64,000 nucleotides of DNA from a virus (Duplodnaviria; Caudoviricetes): IMG/VR virus record IMGVR_UViG_3300011989_000007, positions 1-64,000 of that record; one strand, 5' to 3'. This document shows, in pieces, positions 18,634-30,017 of the stretch (the stretch's first letter is position 1; each line of letters begins with the position of its first letter). Made by a program: the position numbers and the translations under genes. Under the pieces are notes generated by a model. The model worked only from the letters and a program-made list of their open reading frames with translations. It made no database searches and had not been told where the DNA came from.

Positions 18634-21600
18634 ATGGCAATAGTTGATAAAATAATAGATGTTTTGGATAGCTTTGTTGTAAGACCTATTGGTGTTTACA
18701 ACAAAGACTATCGTTTTATGGTTGAGCATTTGGAGAGAAATATTGGAAATCACGACTTGGATAACCATGATGGTTTCAATACTCCAATTGGTCAACTATC
18801 TAACCCTTATTACAACGCTCAGGTAGGTAAACTGCCTTGGTTTGTAGGTGATAAGGACAAAACGAGGTTTGCTAATTACCTTGATTATGTTAAGACCATT
18901 TATGGTTCAACGAATAGTGTTACTAACATAAATGAAGACGCACCTTTTCCTGTTGATTTTGACTCAATTAAGATAGGAAGAATTTCAGGGGCTAAACTAA
19001 ATCAAGCATTAACAAGTAGTGACGAAAAAGCAACTATATTTAATCCTAATATAGATACAAGTGACACAAAGTTAGGTAAAGATAGTGGCAAAATATTAAA
19101 GAAAACTTTATTGCAATCTATAAAAGAAAATGATAAGCATAATGCATATAAGTTTTCTATTAGTAGTGCCATGACAAACTATTTTGGTTTGAATAGTAAG
19201 GCGCAACAAAATGGTATATTAGAAAAATTTGTTGGTGTTAATTCATCTACAGGTAGATATGAAGACCCTACACCTTTAGATGAAAGTATGAGTCCTGTTT
19301 ATACTTCTTCAGCTAAATGGGGTAATTACAAAGGTTTAGGTGTTTATGAGGAGTTCTATAAAAGCACGCCAAGTGAAACAACACAAACATATTATAATAA
19401 CAACATATCAAATAACAAATACAGACCATCTATTTCAGGTGATGAAGGTAAATCTAATTACTTGGATGAGATGGGCATCACTGTTGGCAAGGGTACTGAT
19501 TATAATGGCTCTCAAGTAAGGTATTTGTTTGAAACATTACATACAAGTGATACAGTCTATAATAATGAGGGACATACCTCAGGCAGCCTTATTGGTGGCT
19601 TAAAGGCTTATGGTGAGGCTGAAGGTGGAAAGTATCATAGTTACAAGTTTAAGACCTTTAATGGAGGTGTTAATTATGGAAAATATAGTACGTTTGATAC
19701 TGACCCTATTGGCGTTAATGATTTGCTAAGTAAAACCAACAAAGGCTTCATGTATGGAAAATATGATACACTTATTGGACGTTTTCATACATCAACTGAC
19801 TATCCCAATGATGACCTTATGTCTTCATCAGTTAGTAAGGCTTATGGAATGTCACATGGTAGAAACCTTTTAAGGGGTGATGCTAAGAATGGTAAGACAT
19901 TTACACAAAACGGCATTGGTGATGGTTATGATAATCCTTATTGTCGTGTATGGACTTACCACCATCAGTATCATAGAATGATGGATGCAATAAGACCATT
20001 TGTTGAGAATGAACCTGATGGATCAAAAGTTCTCACACCTAAAGATATGCAAGATGAGTACAATTTTAGTGCTTTTAGAAATGGCGATACTGTAGGTATG
20101 GGCAGTGGTGGCGATAGACTTACTAAATATGGTGTTATTGGCTATAAGACCAATGCAGGTTTAGTAAACATTGCACCAAAGAAGGGAGTTGACATTAGGA
20201 ATTGTATGTTCTCCATTGAGAACCTTGCTTGGAAGGGAATGTTTTCAAGCGCCAACAGAAAGAAATATGAAACCAATGGTCTTTCACCTGAGCAAAAAGG
20301 TCCATTCGGTGGAAGAATTATGTGGTTTCCGCCATATGATATTAAATTCACTGAAAACGTTACTGCCAATTGGAACTCAACAAGTTTCATTGGACGTGGT
20401 GAAGACATATACACATATACAAACACAAGTCGTGATGGCACTTTAAGTTTTAAACTTTTGATTGACCACCCAGCAGTACTTGATTATTGGAAAAATAGAA
20501 ACAAAACTGATACGTCTTCTAATGTAGATGATGTTGATGCACCTGAGCAACAATTGCTAAGATTCTTTGCTGGTTGTGAAATGCTGACAGCAAAAGAGCA
20601 GCCAAAAGAGGAAAAGCCTTCAGTAGTAACTGATACACCTGAGCCAAGACCTGCATCTAAAGCGTTTACTTTCTTCATTTTTTACCCTAATGATTATAGT
20701 GGACAAGATGACAGAAGCAGTAATTTGGCAATACCATATCTATTAAATGGCGTAGGAACACAATATAGATTTGATAGCAAGAGTGGCTCTAATAGAGATA
20801 ATCCTGATATGTACCCTTGGTATTCAACAAATGGGCAGCAGGTAGGCGGATATGAAGTTAGAAATAATGGTATTAGTGTGGTTAAAACGCATGTGAATTA
20901 TCCCAAATCGCCTTCATTTGTAACTAGCGTATTCAGAACCAAATCTAAATCTAATGAGTATAGGCTGGCTAAACAAATTGGCTCATATAGCGGTAAGAGA
21001 ATTGAATGGTATTATAGAGTAGACAATAAACGTAGAAATGAGAAATTAGTTAATAAAATTGACTATGTTGACACAAAGAGTTTCAAGCTTAATAGCGGTG
21101 GTAATAAGTCAGTAATAAGAAGCACATTCAATGTTGACCCGTCAATACCTATATATTCGCTCACTGAGGCTTATTTGGCTTTTACTGATGACGTACAAGC
21201 AGAGGAAACGTTGAAAGGATGCTATGATAAAGAAAATGTTGCTAAAATTAAAAACATCATAGACAACTATGGCATTAAGGAGATTAGAGTAAAGGGATGG
21301 GCTTCAAGTCATGGTATCACTAAAAATCAGTCACGTAATAATGATTTGAATAGAAACAGGCGTGAAACTGCATTGCAGTGGTTGAAAAATTGCTCAGTCC
21401 TTAGAAATAAAAAGATAAGCTATAAGCCTCTTAATGGAGGTGTAGGTCCTGGACCAACTGCAAGTAATGTTAGTGACTTAAAGCCTAAACTATATAGAAG
21501 TGCTGAAATTACTGTTTACATAAACACTGAAAAGGCTAATACTGTACAAGATATTGTGAAGGAAAAGACTACAAGTACTGCTTTGGATGCATCGAACGGA

Positions 21601-22479
21601 AGTATAAATGACGAAGTTAATACAACAAGTTATTTGAGAGGACAATCTGAAATACCTGATAAAACAAGGGTGACAAAACAACCAATACTTAATACTAATT
21701 TCCAAAACCAAAGTAATTCTTATAAAGGTGCCATTGAACAGGTTAAGACTGGAGTACAAAGTTACAGTAAAAATGGAAATACAAATGGTGCTGCTAAGGC
21801 GAACACAAATGCAACAAAGACTACAACAAAGTCAAATGATGCTAATGTGATTAATCTTAAAGACCATAGCGATAATAAGGGTGCTGATGTCAAGGCTTCA
21901 ACAGAAACACCTTCTGATAACACAGTAGGAAGGTACGATAATGAGAGCGAATTTTTCAAGGGTTTGGAAATGAATGACCCATTTATGAGAAGCAAAATCA
22001 CTGAAAAAATTAAGTATTTCGACCCTGCATTCCATTCAGTTAGTCCTGAAGGTTTCAATGCAAGATTGAATTTCTTACATCAATGTACAAGGCAAGGACC
22101 AACAATTGCTGGTAGTGATTTGTCAGATGCAGTTGGTGTTACTGCAAATAATTTATCATTTGGTAGACCCCCAATTTGTGTTTTAAGAATTGGAGATTTC
22201 TATTACACCAAGATAATTATTACATCAATGAGTATCGACTATGACCCATTGGTTTGGGACTTGAACCACGAAGGTATTGGTGTGATGCCAATGATTGCCA
22301 ATATTAGTTTGAGTTTCCACTTCATTGGAGGTAGTAACCTTACAGGTCCTATTGCAAGATTGCAGAACGCATTGTCATTCAATTACTATGCTAATAGTGA
22401 GGTATATGACGATAGGGCTGAACAAGTTGACTATGATGAAAATGGGGAGGTTAGTAAATTTAAAACTTTCCCATATTAA
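18634..22479 (+). CDS. Baseplate tube-initiator-like protein with an inserted OmpA-C-like domain
   Basis: FPPYDIKFTENVTANWNSTSFIGRGEDIYTYTNTSR and RPPICVLRIGDFY motifs; internal IRVKGWASS...NNDLNRNR...YRSAEITV. Confidence 0.65.
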   Translation: MAIVDKIIDVLDSFVVRPIGVYNKDYRFMVEHLERNIGNHDLDNHDGFNTPIGQLSNPYYNAQVGKLPWFVGDKDKTRFANYLDYVKTIYGSTNSVTNINEDAPFPVDFDSIKIGRISGAKLNQALTSSDEKATIFNPNIDTSDTKLGKDSGKILKKTLLQSIKENDKHNAYKFSISSAMTNYFGLNSKAQQNGILEKFVGVNSSTGRYEDPTPLDESMSPVYTSSAKWGNYKGLGVYEEFYKSTPSETTQTYYNNNISNNKYRPSISGDEGKSNYLDEMGITVGKGTDYNGSQVRYLFETLHTSDTVYNNEGHTSGSLIGGLKAYGEAEGGKYHSYKFKTFNGGVNYGKYSTFDTDPIGVNDLLSKTNKGFMYGKYDTLIGRFHTSTDYPNDDLMSSSVSKAYGMSHGRNLLRGDAKNGKTFTQNGIGDGYDNPYCRVWTYHHQYHRMMDAIRPFVENEPDGSKVLTPKDMQDEYNFSAFRNGDTVGMGSGGDRLTKYGVIGYKTNAGLVNIAPKKGVDIRNCMFSIENLAWKGMFSSANRKKYETNGLSPEQKGPFGGRIMWFPPYDIKFTENVTANWNSTSFIGRGEDIYTYTNTSRDGTLSFKLLIDHPAVLDYWKNRNKTDTSSNVDDVDAPEQQLLRFFAGCEMLTAKEQPKEEKPSVVTDTPEPRPASKAFTFFIFYPNDYSGQDDRSSNLAIPYLLNGVGTQYRFDSKSGSNRDNPDMYPWYSTNGQQVGGYEVRNNGISVVKTHVNYPKSPSFVTSVFRTKSKSNEYRLAKQIGSYSGKRIEWYYRVDNKRRNEKLVNKIDYVDTKSFKLNSGGNKSVIRSTFNVDPSIPIYSLTEAYLAFTDDVQAEETLKGCYDKENVAKIKNIIDNYGIKEIRVKGWASSHGITKNQSRNNDLNRNRRETALQWLKNCSVLRNKKISYKPLNGGVGPGPTASNVSDLKPKLYRSAEITVYINTEKANTVQDIVKEKTTSTALDASNGSINDEVNTTSYLRGQSEIPDKTRVTKQPILNTNFQNQSNSYKGAIEQVKTGVQSYSKNGNTNGAAKANTNATKTTTKSNDANVINLKDHSDNKGADVKASTETPSDNTVGRYDNESEFFKGLEMNDPFMRSKITEKIKYFDPAFHSVSPEGFNARLNFLHQCTRQGPTIAGSDLSDAVGVTANNLSFGRPPICVLRIGDFYYTKIIITSMSIDYDPLVWDLNHEGIGVMPMIANISLSFHFIGGSNLTGPIARLQNALSFNYYANSEVYDDRAEQVDYDENGEVSKFKTFPY

Positions 22480-22491
22480 AAGAAATAAATT

Positions 22492-22809
22492 ATGTCATAC
22501 GATAGATATAGTAAATTTAGAAAAAACGGAACGATTAAACTCGTTCCGTTTATCCCTATAAGGGAAAAGTCAAGTGATTTGTACGACTATTATAAAGAGG
22601 GTGAAACAAGACTTGATTTGCTTTCGTATCAATATTATGAAGACCCTAATTATGATTGGTTAATAATGCAAGCAAATCCTGAATATGGCTCTTTAGAGTA
22701 CCAAATACCGAATGGCGCAAGATTAAGGATTCCCTATCCTCTTGATGCTACTTTAATGCAATATAATGCTGACATTGATACATATAAAACACTTTACGGA
22801 ATAGAATAA
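22492..22809 (+). CDS. Baseplate wedge subunit (gp53 / P2 X / LysM-like)
   Basis: RLDLLSYQYYEDPNYDWLIMQANP...LRIP. Confidence 0.85.
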   Translation: MSYDRYSKFRKNGTIKLVPFIPIREKSSDLYDYYKEGETRLDLLSYQYYEDPNYDWLIMQANPEYGSLEYQIPNGARLRIPYPLDATLMQYNADIDTYKTLYGIE

Positions 22810-22810
22810 T

Positions 22811-25800
22811 ATGGCAAACGAAAATAATGGATATAGAGTACAAACTGTAGGTCATAGAATTAGATATATTGAGCCAAACTACACTTCTGATTCTAGACCT
22901 ATGCAAGGGCCTAGGGGGCTACATACTTATGAATTTGAAAATCCTTTAGAGGATTATTGCATCTTCGTCAATCTCAAAGTAGAGGTTAGGGGAAGGGCAA
23001 TCCGTACTGATTATACAACAAATAGTAAAACATATACTATGAACTATTATAGTCAGCAAGGTAAGGAAGCCGTCAGTTTTCTTCAAGGAACAAACTATCC
23101 TACTGCCAAGCAAAATGTTTATGGCAAAGATGTGCATTCATTAACAACTGATTACTTAGACCACTTGTATCTTAATGAATTGGTTAAAAGGGACGCAAAT
23201 GATGTTGTTAGTGGTACAAGCACAACAACTGAATTGTTTGGCATTAATTCGATTGACATTCAATATAATAACTGGATGGTACCAGAAGTAGCCATTAAGT
23301 TTACTGATGTCAGAGGTGCTTCATTGTTTGCTGCTGAAGAAGCAAGGCATCATTTAACTGATAGTCAAGGTGTGAATGCTAATGCAGATGCAAGTGTTGA
23401 GGGTTCATTTTTTAAATGTTTTTTCACGTTTCCATACCCTAAATTCACGTTATGCGTGAAGGGATTTTATGGACAACCTGTTGCTTATGAATTGACTTGT
23501 TCTGATTTTAGGGCGAGTTTCAATTCAGATACAGGTAACTTTGAGGCTACTGCCAAATTTGTTGGATATGCATTTTCATTCTTAGGTGATGTAATGATGA
23601 ATGCACTTACTGCTGCACCTTTCTCAGATTATTTAGGTAGAAAATATTGGGAAGAGAACGTGTCAAATGGTCGTTTTGTAGTGAAAGATGTTAATGGACA
23701 AGACGTGCCAATGATGACCATTGGTGAGATAGTCACAAAGATAGATTCTGCTATGAATGAGGCTTCAGGAATGGTAGCATCAAGTCCTGAAATACAAGAA
23801 GGCTTACAACTTGAAGAGCAATCAAAGCAGATTAATAGCGTAAGTACTGCTTATCAAGCATATACAACTGCGATATACAATTGCATTAAGAATGCGGTAG
23901 AAGGTTCTAACGAAGATACGGGTGAATTTAATTTCGCAATTCAAGACGGCGCTAATCTTTTAGCATTTATACCAGGTGCTTCAGCAGGCAATACCTTCAA
24001 TGGAGCAACAACAAGTTGGTGGAAACCTTGGGACGAAAATAAGGAATTGGACAGTGCTTTAGAATCTTTACAAAAAGTAGTTGAAGATAAAGAAGAGTAC
24101 AAATCAAAGGTAGAGAAAATTAATTTTAAGAATCTAAAACCTATTGAAGTTTACAATAAGTATGGACATTATACAGGTAATACTACTTTAGACTCATTCT
24201 CAGCTATTAAAAATGGTATTAATAGAAATGAAGAAATTTCTAATAGTAGAAAGGATGGTAATGAAAATCTTATACAAAGAAAGGAATTATTCTATGGCTA
24301 TCCATTCATAGATAATGACTTGAGTGGTCAGTTGAAGAAAGATAAAGAGCAGACTGATGCTGCCATTCAAGAGAATCAAGCAGAAATTAGTGAAGTAACT
24401 AATAAGGCGATTGCTGACTGTTTAGGCTTTAATCCTACAGTGGAATCAATCACACGTATCGTTATGGCACATTTTGAAACATTGACTTATATGTTGACAA
24501 TGTGTGCAAGAGATATTACAGGGCAAAACAGAACACTTGAGTCGTTAGGCATTACAACTGAAAATACAAAGGACGTTTCTCCTGAAGATAAAGTTGTGCC
24601 ACCTTTCCCAAAGATAACAAAGCACGTTACTGAGGAAGGAGTTGAAAAGGACGAAGAGGCTTGGGTAGGTGACTTCCAAGGAGATTGGCTTGAAAAAGAC
24701 ATTGTGAATGGGCTTTTGAATGGAATCAATGAAATGTCTGAATTGATTAAGAATGCAGCTAGTGGCAGTACAAACGAAAGTGGTAATTTAACTGCAATAA
24801 TGAAAGTGCCTTTGAATCCACTTGATATGATTCTTGACAAGAACCCATATGGTGAGGTTAATTTTGATGACAAGAGTGATTTTGCAGGTCACATTGTTTT
24901 GAGAATGTTTGAAATACTTTCTTTGAACAAGGAGTTTGCTGATGTTGAAGATGTTAACAAACTTGGAGAGGCAGAAGCAATAAACTTTAAGGAGTTTTTC
25001 AAAAATCCACCTCAGGAATTCAAGCAATGGCTTCAAGACGAAAAGGCAGTAGAAAACATCATAAACATTGTAAAGGCTGATTCAACAAATACACCTGTTG
25101 ACAAATATGGTAAGAGCAATAAGTATGCTTGGGAGAGTATAAAAGGTTCTTCTACCAAACATAGGGCATTAATTAAGGATTGGACATTAAATGAATTTAA
25201 TGGTAATGGCAAAACTTACTTACCAATTCAGAATGCATCATTTAGCAAGATTATAAGTGATTTAGGCTCACCTGATGTTAATGGTAAATATAAATACCCA
25301 CGTACACCTAAGGACTACATGATATCAAATTCTTCAAAAGGAATTAATAGCGGTGGTACTTCAATTGCTTCATCAAGTGGCAAACTTATTTGTATAGAAC
25401 CGAACCCTGATAGATTCTCTATTATTGCTGAAAATCAATGTAAGAATACAGGTGTGAATGGTGAGTTAGAAAAACTTTATGAAAAGTTTATTGATGAAGC
25501 AAAATATGATGCGAGCAAGTTTTGCAAATACATTCAAGGTGGAAAAAAATTCATAAAGGTTTACACTAACGGTACTTCAAATAGTACTGAAGAAAGCAGT
25601 GAAGACAATGATAACGAACAAGAAACTGCTACTACTACTTCAATATCTACTCCTCAGGATATAGATGATTGGGCTGAGAAGTTCAATAGTGGCCTTGATG
25701 GATTTTCGAAGGATAGTGCCCATAAAGTAGATGAATATAGAGTACTTTTCATACCTGCAATTAAACCTGATGATAGCAATATTGAGGACATTGACGATAA

Positions 25801-28800
25801 TACAGGTGGCGTTATCGCAAGTAATGGTACTTTGTTTGCCCAAAACTATTATTATACAAGGTCACTTGATGAAAAGGCGTTTTTGTATCTTTTATCATTA
25901 GGATATTACGTTAATTATGGAAAAGCCTTTGATGATTTGTTTGATGATGACAGATGCTTCACAACTGCACCTAAGGCTTCAGTATTATTCGCAGGTTGCC
26001 TTTGTTATTTTGCTGGCAAGAAAGATACTGATTTCGAAAAGCCATTCTTAAAAATGTCTGACGATAAGAGGATTAAGAATTTACGTGTAGATGTAAGAAA
26101 TGACTTGGCAGCATACTTCAAAAAATGGGCTTTTGGAGAGTTTGCAAAGATAGATTCTTATTTGTCTCTCAAAGTGGATGACACCAAAGCCTTCTTTGAG
26201 GATATGACTAAGAGTAAAGGTGTAGTATACACAAGTGATAAAGACATTAAGAGAATTGTTGATAAATACTTACCTGGTTTAGGAGCTAATTATGGGGCAG
26301 TTGACGATTCTATTCATTGGATTGGGGGAGAAAGTGCTATGGGTGGACCAAGTATAAGATTGGGAATGAAATCTGATAGTTATGGCGCTTTAATGACTAC
26401 ACGATTGGTTTTAGGCTCAAGCACTTTTGTCAAAACTTCTGATGTTTTCAGTGAACCGAGTGAGACCTTCAAAATTAAAAATGGTAAAGGTGAGGCTTTC
26501 TTGAAAGGATTTGTCAGCAAGTTAAAGGAGAGTTATTTGTCTGACTCAGGAGGCACTGAATCAAGCCCAACTAGTACCGAAAGGGCGGCTGATTGTAAGA
26601 CAGACCCTGATATTAAAATTGGCGTTTATAGGTATCTTAAGCTACTTTATGATAAATGGATTGCAGGTTCAGTTTTTGAACAAGATTTCACAATGGAGAA
26701 ATTCTTTGAAAATCCTGACAAATATTTCTATTTCATTGATTCTTATTATAATAAGATTGGTGATTTGATTATATGTAACATGGGTAAATTCAAAGATGAT
26801 GTTTTAAATTGTGAAACACAAGATGGATATACACTTTTGTCATTTTTAAGCCAAACATATTCTCAGAATAAATGTAATTTCCTTTGCATTCAGAACTTCA
26901 TGGATTTAGCCGAGACATCTAATATGGAGCGTATGTTTGAACCTGTGTCTATGATGGATATGAATATACCTGATGTTACGCCTAACTTCATTGTACAATA
27001 TCCATATGAAACTTCATCACATCTTGATTTGGGAGACAATGGCGATTATAGTTATCCTGATGATTCGTTTAGCATTTCTAAAAGTCCACAAAGAACAGGT
27101 ACAGGTTCTGAGGCAAATAAATGGCCTGCTCCATTAAACTCAGGTGAAGATGCTGGATATTATATTCCTGCGTTTGGTGTGTCATATGGAAAGCAATATC
27201 AGAGTTATTTTAACAATATCTCTATATCAATGGATAACCCTATGGTAACTGAGCAATCAATCAAGGCTCAGTTTGAGATTGCTTCAATGAACAATGAGAA
27301 TGCCAAGAATAACGAAGGTACTGCAACACGAGGTATGATTACAATGGGCCAGGATTTGTTTACCATTTATTCAAACAACTCATATACTTGTGAAATTGAT
27401 ATGATGGGCGATGCTTGGATGCAACCTCTGATGTATTTTGAACTTTTGAACATTCCAATGTTTAGAGGTACATATTTGATTGAAAAAGTTAGTCATCATA
27501 TCGAGGCAGGTAAAATGTCAACACACATTGTTGGTGTAAGAATGGCAAATACCACGACTAAGATTAAGAAAGGTTGGTTCTGGGCAGCAGACCCTGTTAA
27601 GACAGGCGGAGATGAAGAAAACATGGAGAACCAATTGGCTGACGTTACAAATGATTGTGCTTATGCTTCTTATCCTTTAGGTGGTGTAGGAGGTGGAGTT
27701 GGTGGTATGCTTATTTCACAAAATGGTCTTTCAGCAATGAACTACTACGAAGCTGGTAACAATAAGTGGTACACTGGTGGAGATAAAGGTAAAAACCATG
27801 GTGATGGTGCTGGTACTACCTGTGGTCCAGGTCTTACAGGTAAATATTTAAGCCACGGAAAAACTGCAAGTGGTTTGAGACAAGGATTCTTGGATGCGTT
27901 AAGAGACCACGATAAAAGAATTAGAAAATGGATAAAAGGTAAAAAGTTTAAGCAAGAATCAATTGATAGTTTTTATCATTTGGACCATTGGGGTCCTGGA
28001 TTGGCTCAATCAAACATTCCTAATTTTACAAATGATGACGATGTTTGCAACTTTTGGTTAAAGCAATATAAAACTGAAAAAGGTGAAAACTACCCTGGAT
28101 GGCAAGGTTTCTGTTGCGGATATGTATGGATAATTAGGAATGCCAAGCCAAAGGAGGTTAAGGATAGTGAATGGAAACCAGGCCAAGAAGCGAGGGCAAA
28201 GGCAGGCTACGATATTTATCATTCATTAGATAAGCCATTGCTACAAGCAATGGGTTTGAGCGCTCCACCAGCAGTTAATGATAAAACACAAAAAGATGGC
28301 AAGACAAAGGGAATTTGGGACGATTTCGTTTATTCAGTGAATCAGACATCCCAAAACACACCTTCTTGTGGTTTGAATGTTGGCTCTGTAAAGAAAGGAC
28401 CAAATCAAGGATGGCTTACCACAGGAAATAATGGCACAGGCGGTGCTGATAAGTTAGCAACTGTTTTTGATATTGTTCTTAATGCTTACGGAGAATATGT
28501 CCAAGAACTTTGGTGGGTCGCAAGGAACAATCACGATAATCAAGGACCTGACCATTTGGAAGTTATCGTTTCAGAAAAGCCTAAAATGAATTCTATTAAG
28601 GTAGGAATGAAGATTTTGGGAAGTGATGAACCATTCAAGGGTATTAATGAGAACTCAAACGAAAAATATAGAAGAGCCATAGTAAAATTCTATTCACAAA
28701 ATAACAGACATAGTTCTAAGAGTGAAAATGAAGGTGTTTATGGCAAAGTTGTGCAATCTAAAATACCTAAATCTGATTGGGAGAAACTTAAGCCAACGTC

Positions 28801-29305
28801 TTGTGCTGAGTTGATGCAAGAAGCAGGTGGAGGTGATTACTCAGGTGGTGGAACTATTGATGCCAATAAGAAGATTGGAAGATGGAACGTTGGAAAGTCT
28901 TGCCAATATGCATTTTCTCACGCACGACCTAAATCTACAGGTCAGTGTGCTAAGTATGTTTGTAATGCAATTGAAGCAGGTGGCATAAAATCACCACGCC
29001 AAGATAAGGCTTGGCAGATACGTGTCAATAAAATACCCCAAAAACAAGGTTGGTCATTAATTAAGGATGGTACTATTACGAAAGACCAAAATGAAAGCCT
29101 TAACAGTGGCAGACAAATGGGTGATATTGGCGTTATGGGTTCTGCTCAAACTGAAAGGTCATCAAGTCCTCGTTGCTTTCATATGGCAATATGGACAGGT
29201 AATGAATGGGTGTCTGATTATAGACAAGGAAATGAAATGGTACCAGGCAACTATTTCAAGTATACACCTAATTTCCCATACTCCATTTATAGATACAATG
29301 GCTAA
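22811..29305 (+). CDS. Giant baseplate hub protein with C-terminal peptidoglycan hydrolase domains
   Basis: Hub-like YTCEIDMMGDAWMQPLMYFEL..PMFRGTYLIEKVSHHI; C-terminal CHAP/amidase GQCAKYV...HMAIWTGNEWVSDY. Confidence 0.7.
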   Translation: MANENNGYRVQTVGHRIRYIEPNYTSDSRPMQGPRGLHTYEFENPLEDYCIFVNLKVEVRGRAIRTDYTTNSKTYTMNYYSQQGKEAVSFLQGTNYPTAKQNVYGKDVHSLTTDYLDHLYLNELVKRDANDVVSGTSTTTELFGINSIDIQYNNWMVPEVAIKFTDVRGASLFAAEEARHHLTDSQGVNANADASVEGSFFKCFFTFPYPKFTLCVKGFYGQPVAYELTCSDFRASFNSDTGNFEATAKFVGYAFSFLGDVMMNALTAAPFSDYLGRKYWEENVSNGRFVVKDVNGQDVPMMTIGEIVTKIDSAMNEASGMVASSPEIQEGLQLEEQSKQINSVSTAYQAYTTAIYNCIKNAVEGSNEDTGEFNFAIQDGANLLAFIPGASAGNTFNGATTSWWKPWDENKELDSALESLQKVVEDKEEYKSKVEKINFKNLKPIEVYNKYGHYTGNTTLDSFSAIKNGINRNEEISNSRKDGNENLIQRKELFYGYPFIDNDLSGQLKKDKEQTDAAIQENQAEISEVTNKAIADCLGFNPTVESITRIVMAHFETLTYMLTMCARDITGQNRTLESLGITTENTKDVSPEDKVVPPFPKITKHVTEEGVEKDEEAWVGDFQGDWLEKDIVNGLLNGINEMSELIKNAASGSTNESGNLTAIMKVPLNPLDMILDKNPYGEVNFDDKSDFAGHIVLRMFEILSLNKEFADVEDVNKLGEAEAINFKEFFKNPPQEFKQWLQDEKAVENIINIVKADSTNTPVDKYGKSNKYAWESIKGSSTKHRALIKDWTLNEFNGNGKTYLPIQNASFSKIISDLGSPDVNGKYKYPRTPKDYMISNSSKGINSGGTSIASSSGKLICIEPNPDRFSIIAENQCKNTGVNGELEKLYEKFIDEAKYDASKFCKYIQGGKKFIKVYTNGTSNSTEESSEDNDNEQETATTTSISTPQDIDDWAEKFNSGLDGFSKDSAHKVDEYRVLFIPAIKPDDSNIEDIDDNTGGVIASNGTLFAQNYYYTRSLDEKAFLYLLSLGYYVNYGKAFDDLFDDDRCFTTAPKASVLFAGCLCYFAGKKDTDFEKPFLKMSDDKRIKNLRVDVRNDLAAYFKKWAFGEFAKIDSYLSLKVDDTKAFFEDMTKSKGVVYTSDKDIKRIVDKYLPGLGANYGAVDDSIHWIGGESAMGGPSIRLGMKSDSYGALMTTRLVLGSSTFVKTSDVFSEPSETFKIKNGKGEAFLKGFVSKLKESYLSDSGGTESSPTSTERAADCKTDPDIKIGVYRYLKLLYDKWIAGSVFEQDFTMEKFFENPDKYFYFIDSYYNKIGDLIICNMGKFKDDVLNCETQDGYTLLSFLSQTYSQNKCNFLCIQNFMDLAETSNMERMFEPVSMMDMNIPDVTPNFIVQYPYETSSHLDLGDNGDYSYPDDSFSISKSPQRTGTGSEANKWPAPLNSGEDAGYYIPAFGVSYGKQYQSYFNNISISMDNPMVTEQSIKAQFEIASMNNENAKNNEGTATRGMITMGQDLFTIYSNNSYTCEIDMMGDAWMQPLMYFELLNIPMFRGTYLIEKVSHHIEAGKMSTHIVGVRMANTTTKIKKGWFWAADPVKTGGDEENMENQLADVTNDCAYASYPLGGVGGGVGGMLISQNGLSAMNYYEAGNNKWYTGGDKGKNHGDGAGTTCGPGLTGKYLSHGKTASGLRQGFLDALRDHDKRIRKWIKGKKFKQESIDSFYHLDHWGPGLAQSNIPNFTNDDDVCNFWLKQYKTEKGENYPGWQGFCCGYVWIIRNAKPKEVKDSEWKPGQEARAKAGYDIYHSLDKPLLQAMGLSAPPAVNDKTQKDGKTKGIWDDFVYSVNQTSQNTPSCGLNVGSVKKGPNQGWLTTGNNGTGGADKLATVFDIVLNAYGEYVQELWWVARNNHDNQGPDHLEVIVSEKPKMNSIKVGMKILGSDEPFKGINENSNEKYRRAIVKFYSQNNRHSSKSENEGVYGKVVQSKIPKSDWEKLKPTSCAELMQEAGGGDYSGGGTIDANKKIGRWNVGKSCQYAFSHARPKSTGQCAKYVCNAIEAGGIKSPRQDKAWQIRVNKIPQKQGWSLIKDGTITKDQNESLNSGRQMGDIGVMGSAQTERSSSPRCFHMAIWTGNEWVSDYRQGNEMVPGNYFKYTPNFPYSIYRYNG

Positions 29306-29365
29306 AATTTCTATTTCTCAATTTTTTTATATAAATTTGCAATTGTTAACAAATGTTTATTGGAA

Positions 29366-29962
29366 ATGCGAGAATTAGGATATATAGTTGCTGATAGGCG
29401 ATTTAATAATATTAAGGGTTTTGTCGGGTTCACAAATGATTATTCGTCTGTGGATTCGACAAAACCTGTTTTAGTTATAGGGCTAAAAAAGGCTAAAGAA
29501 ATCCTTGGAGATAAGTTCAATATATTGGATAAAAAGATAAGTGAAAACGTGTATTGGACATTCAAGAAGACAGAGAAAAGAACTGATTTTGAGGCTGACC
29601 TGCCATTGTTTTATCAACGATGCTTAAACAAAGCCGTAGATGGTATTAAATATTATTATATTAATATAATTAAATTAAAATATTCTAAGATAAAAAAACT
29701 GTACAGTATTTTATTTTCTAAAGGAAAAAAATATATTTATATTAACAATGATATGATATATGTACTATATGGCAATTGTGTTTTAGGCATATCGTTATTA
29801 TATTTAAGATATTGTGGTATTAAGAGTGAGAAGATATTAGCCAAAATCAAAGAAAATAAAGAAAATAAAATTTATGAAGAGGATTCTCCTTTTGTGAGGA
29901 AGATAAAAAGGGAGATAGGGAATAATGAGTACGTTATACCATATTTCATGTCAATTGAATAA
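29366..29962 (+). CDS. Hypothetical protein
   Basis: ORF after a TAAATTTG promoter element (29332-29339); start set to ATG 29366. Confidence 0.7.
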   Translation: MRELGYIVADRRFNNIKGFVGFTNDYSSVDSTKPVLVIGLKKAKEILGDKFNILDKKISENVYWTFKKTEKRTDFEADLPLFYQRCLNKAVDGIKYYYINIIKLKYSKIKKLYSILFSKGKKYIYINNDMIYVLYGNCVLGISLLYLRYCGIKSEKILAKIKENKENKIYEEDSPFVRKIKREIGNNEYVIPYFMSIE

Positions 29963-30017
29963 GTTCCTCTTTTTTATCTCATTAAGATATTTATATATAA
30001 AAATATATTTTATAAAG

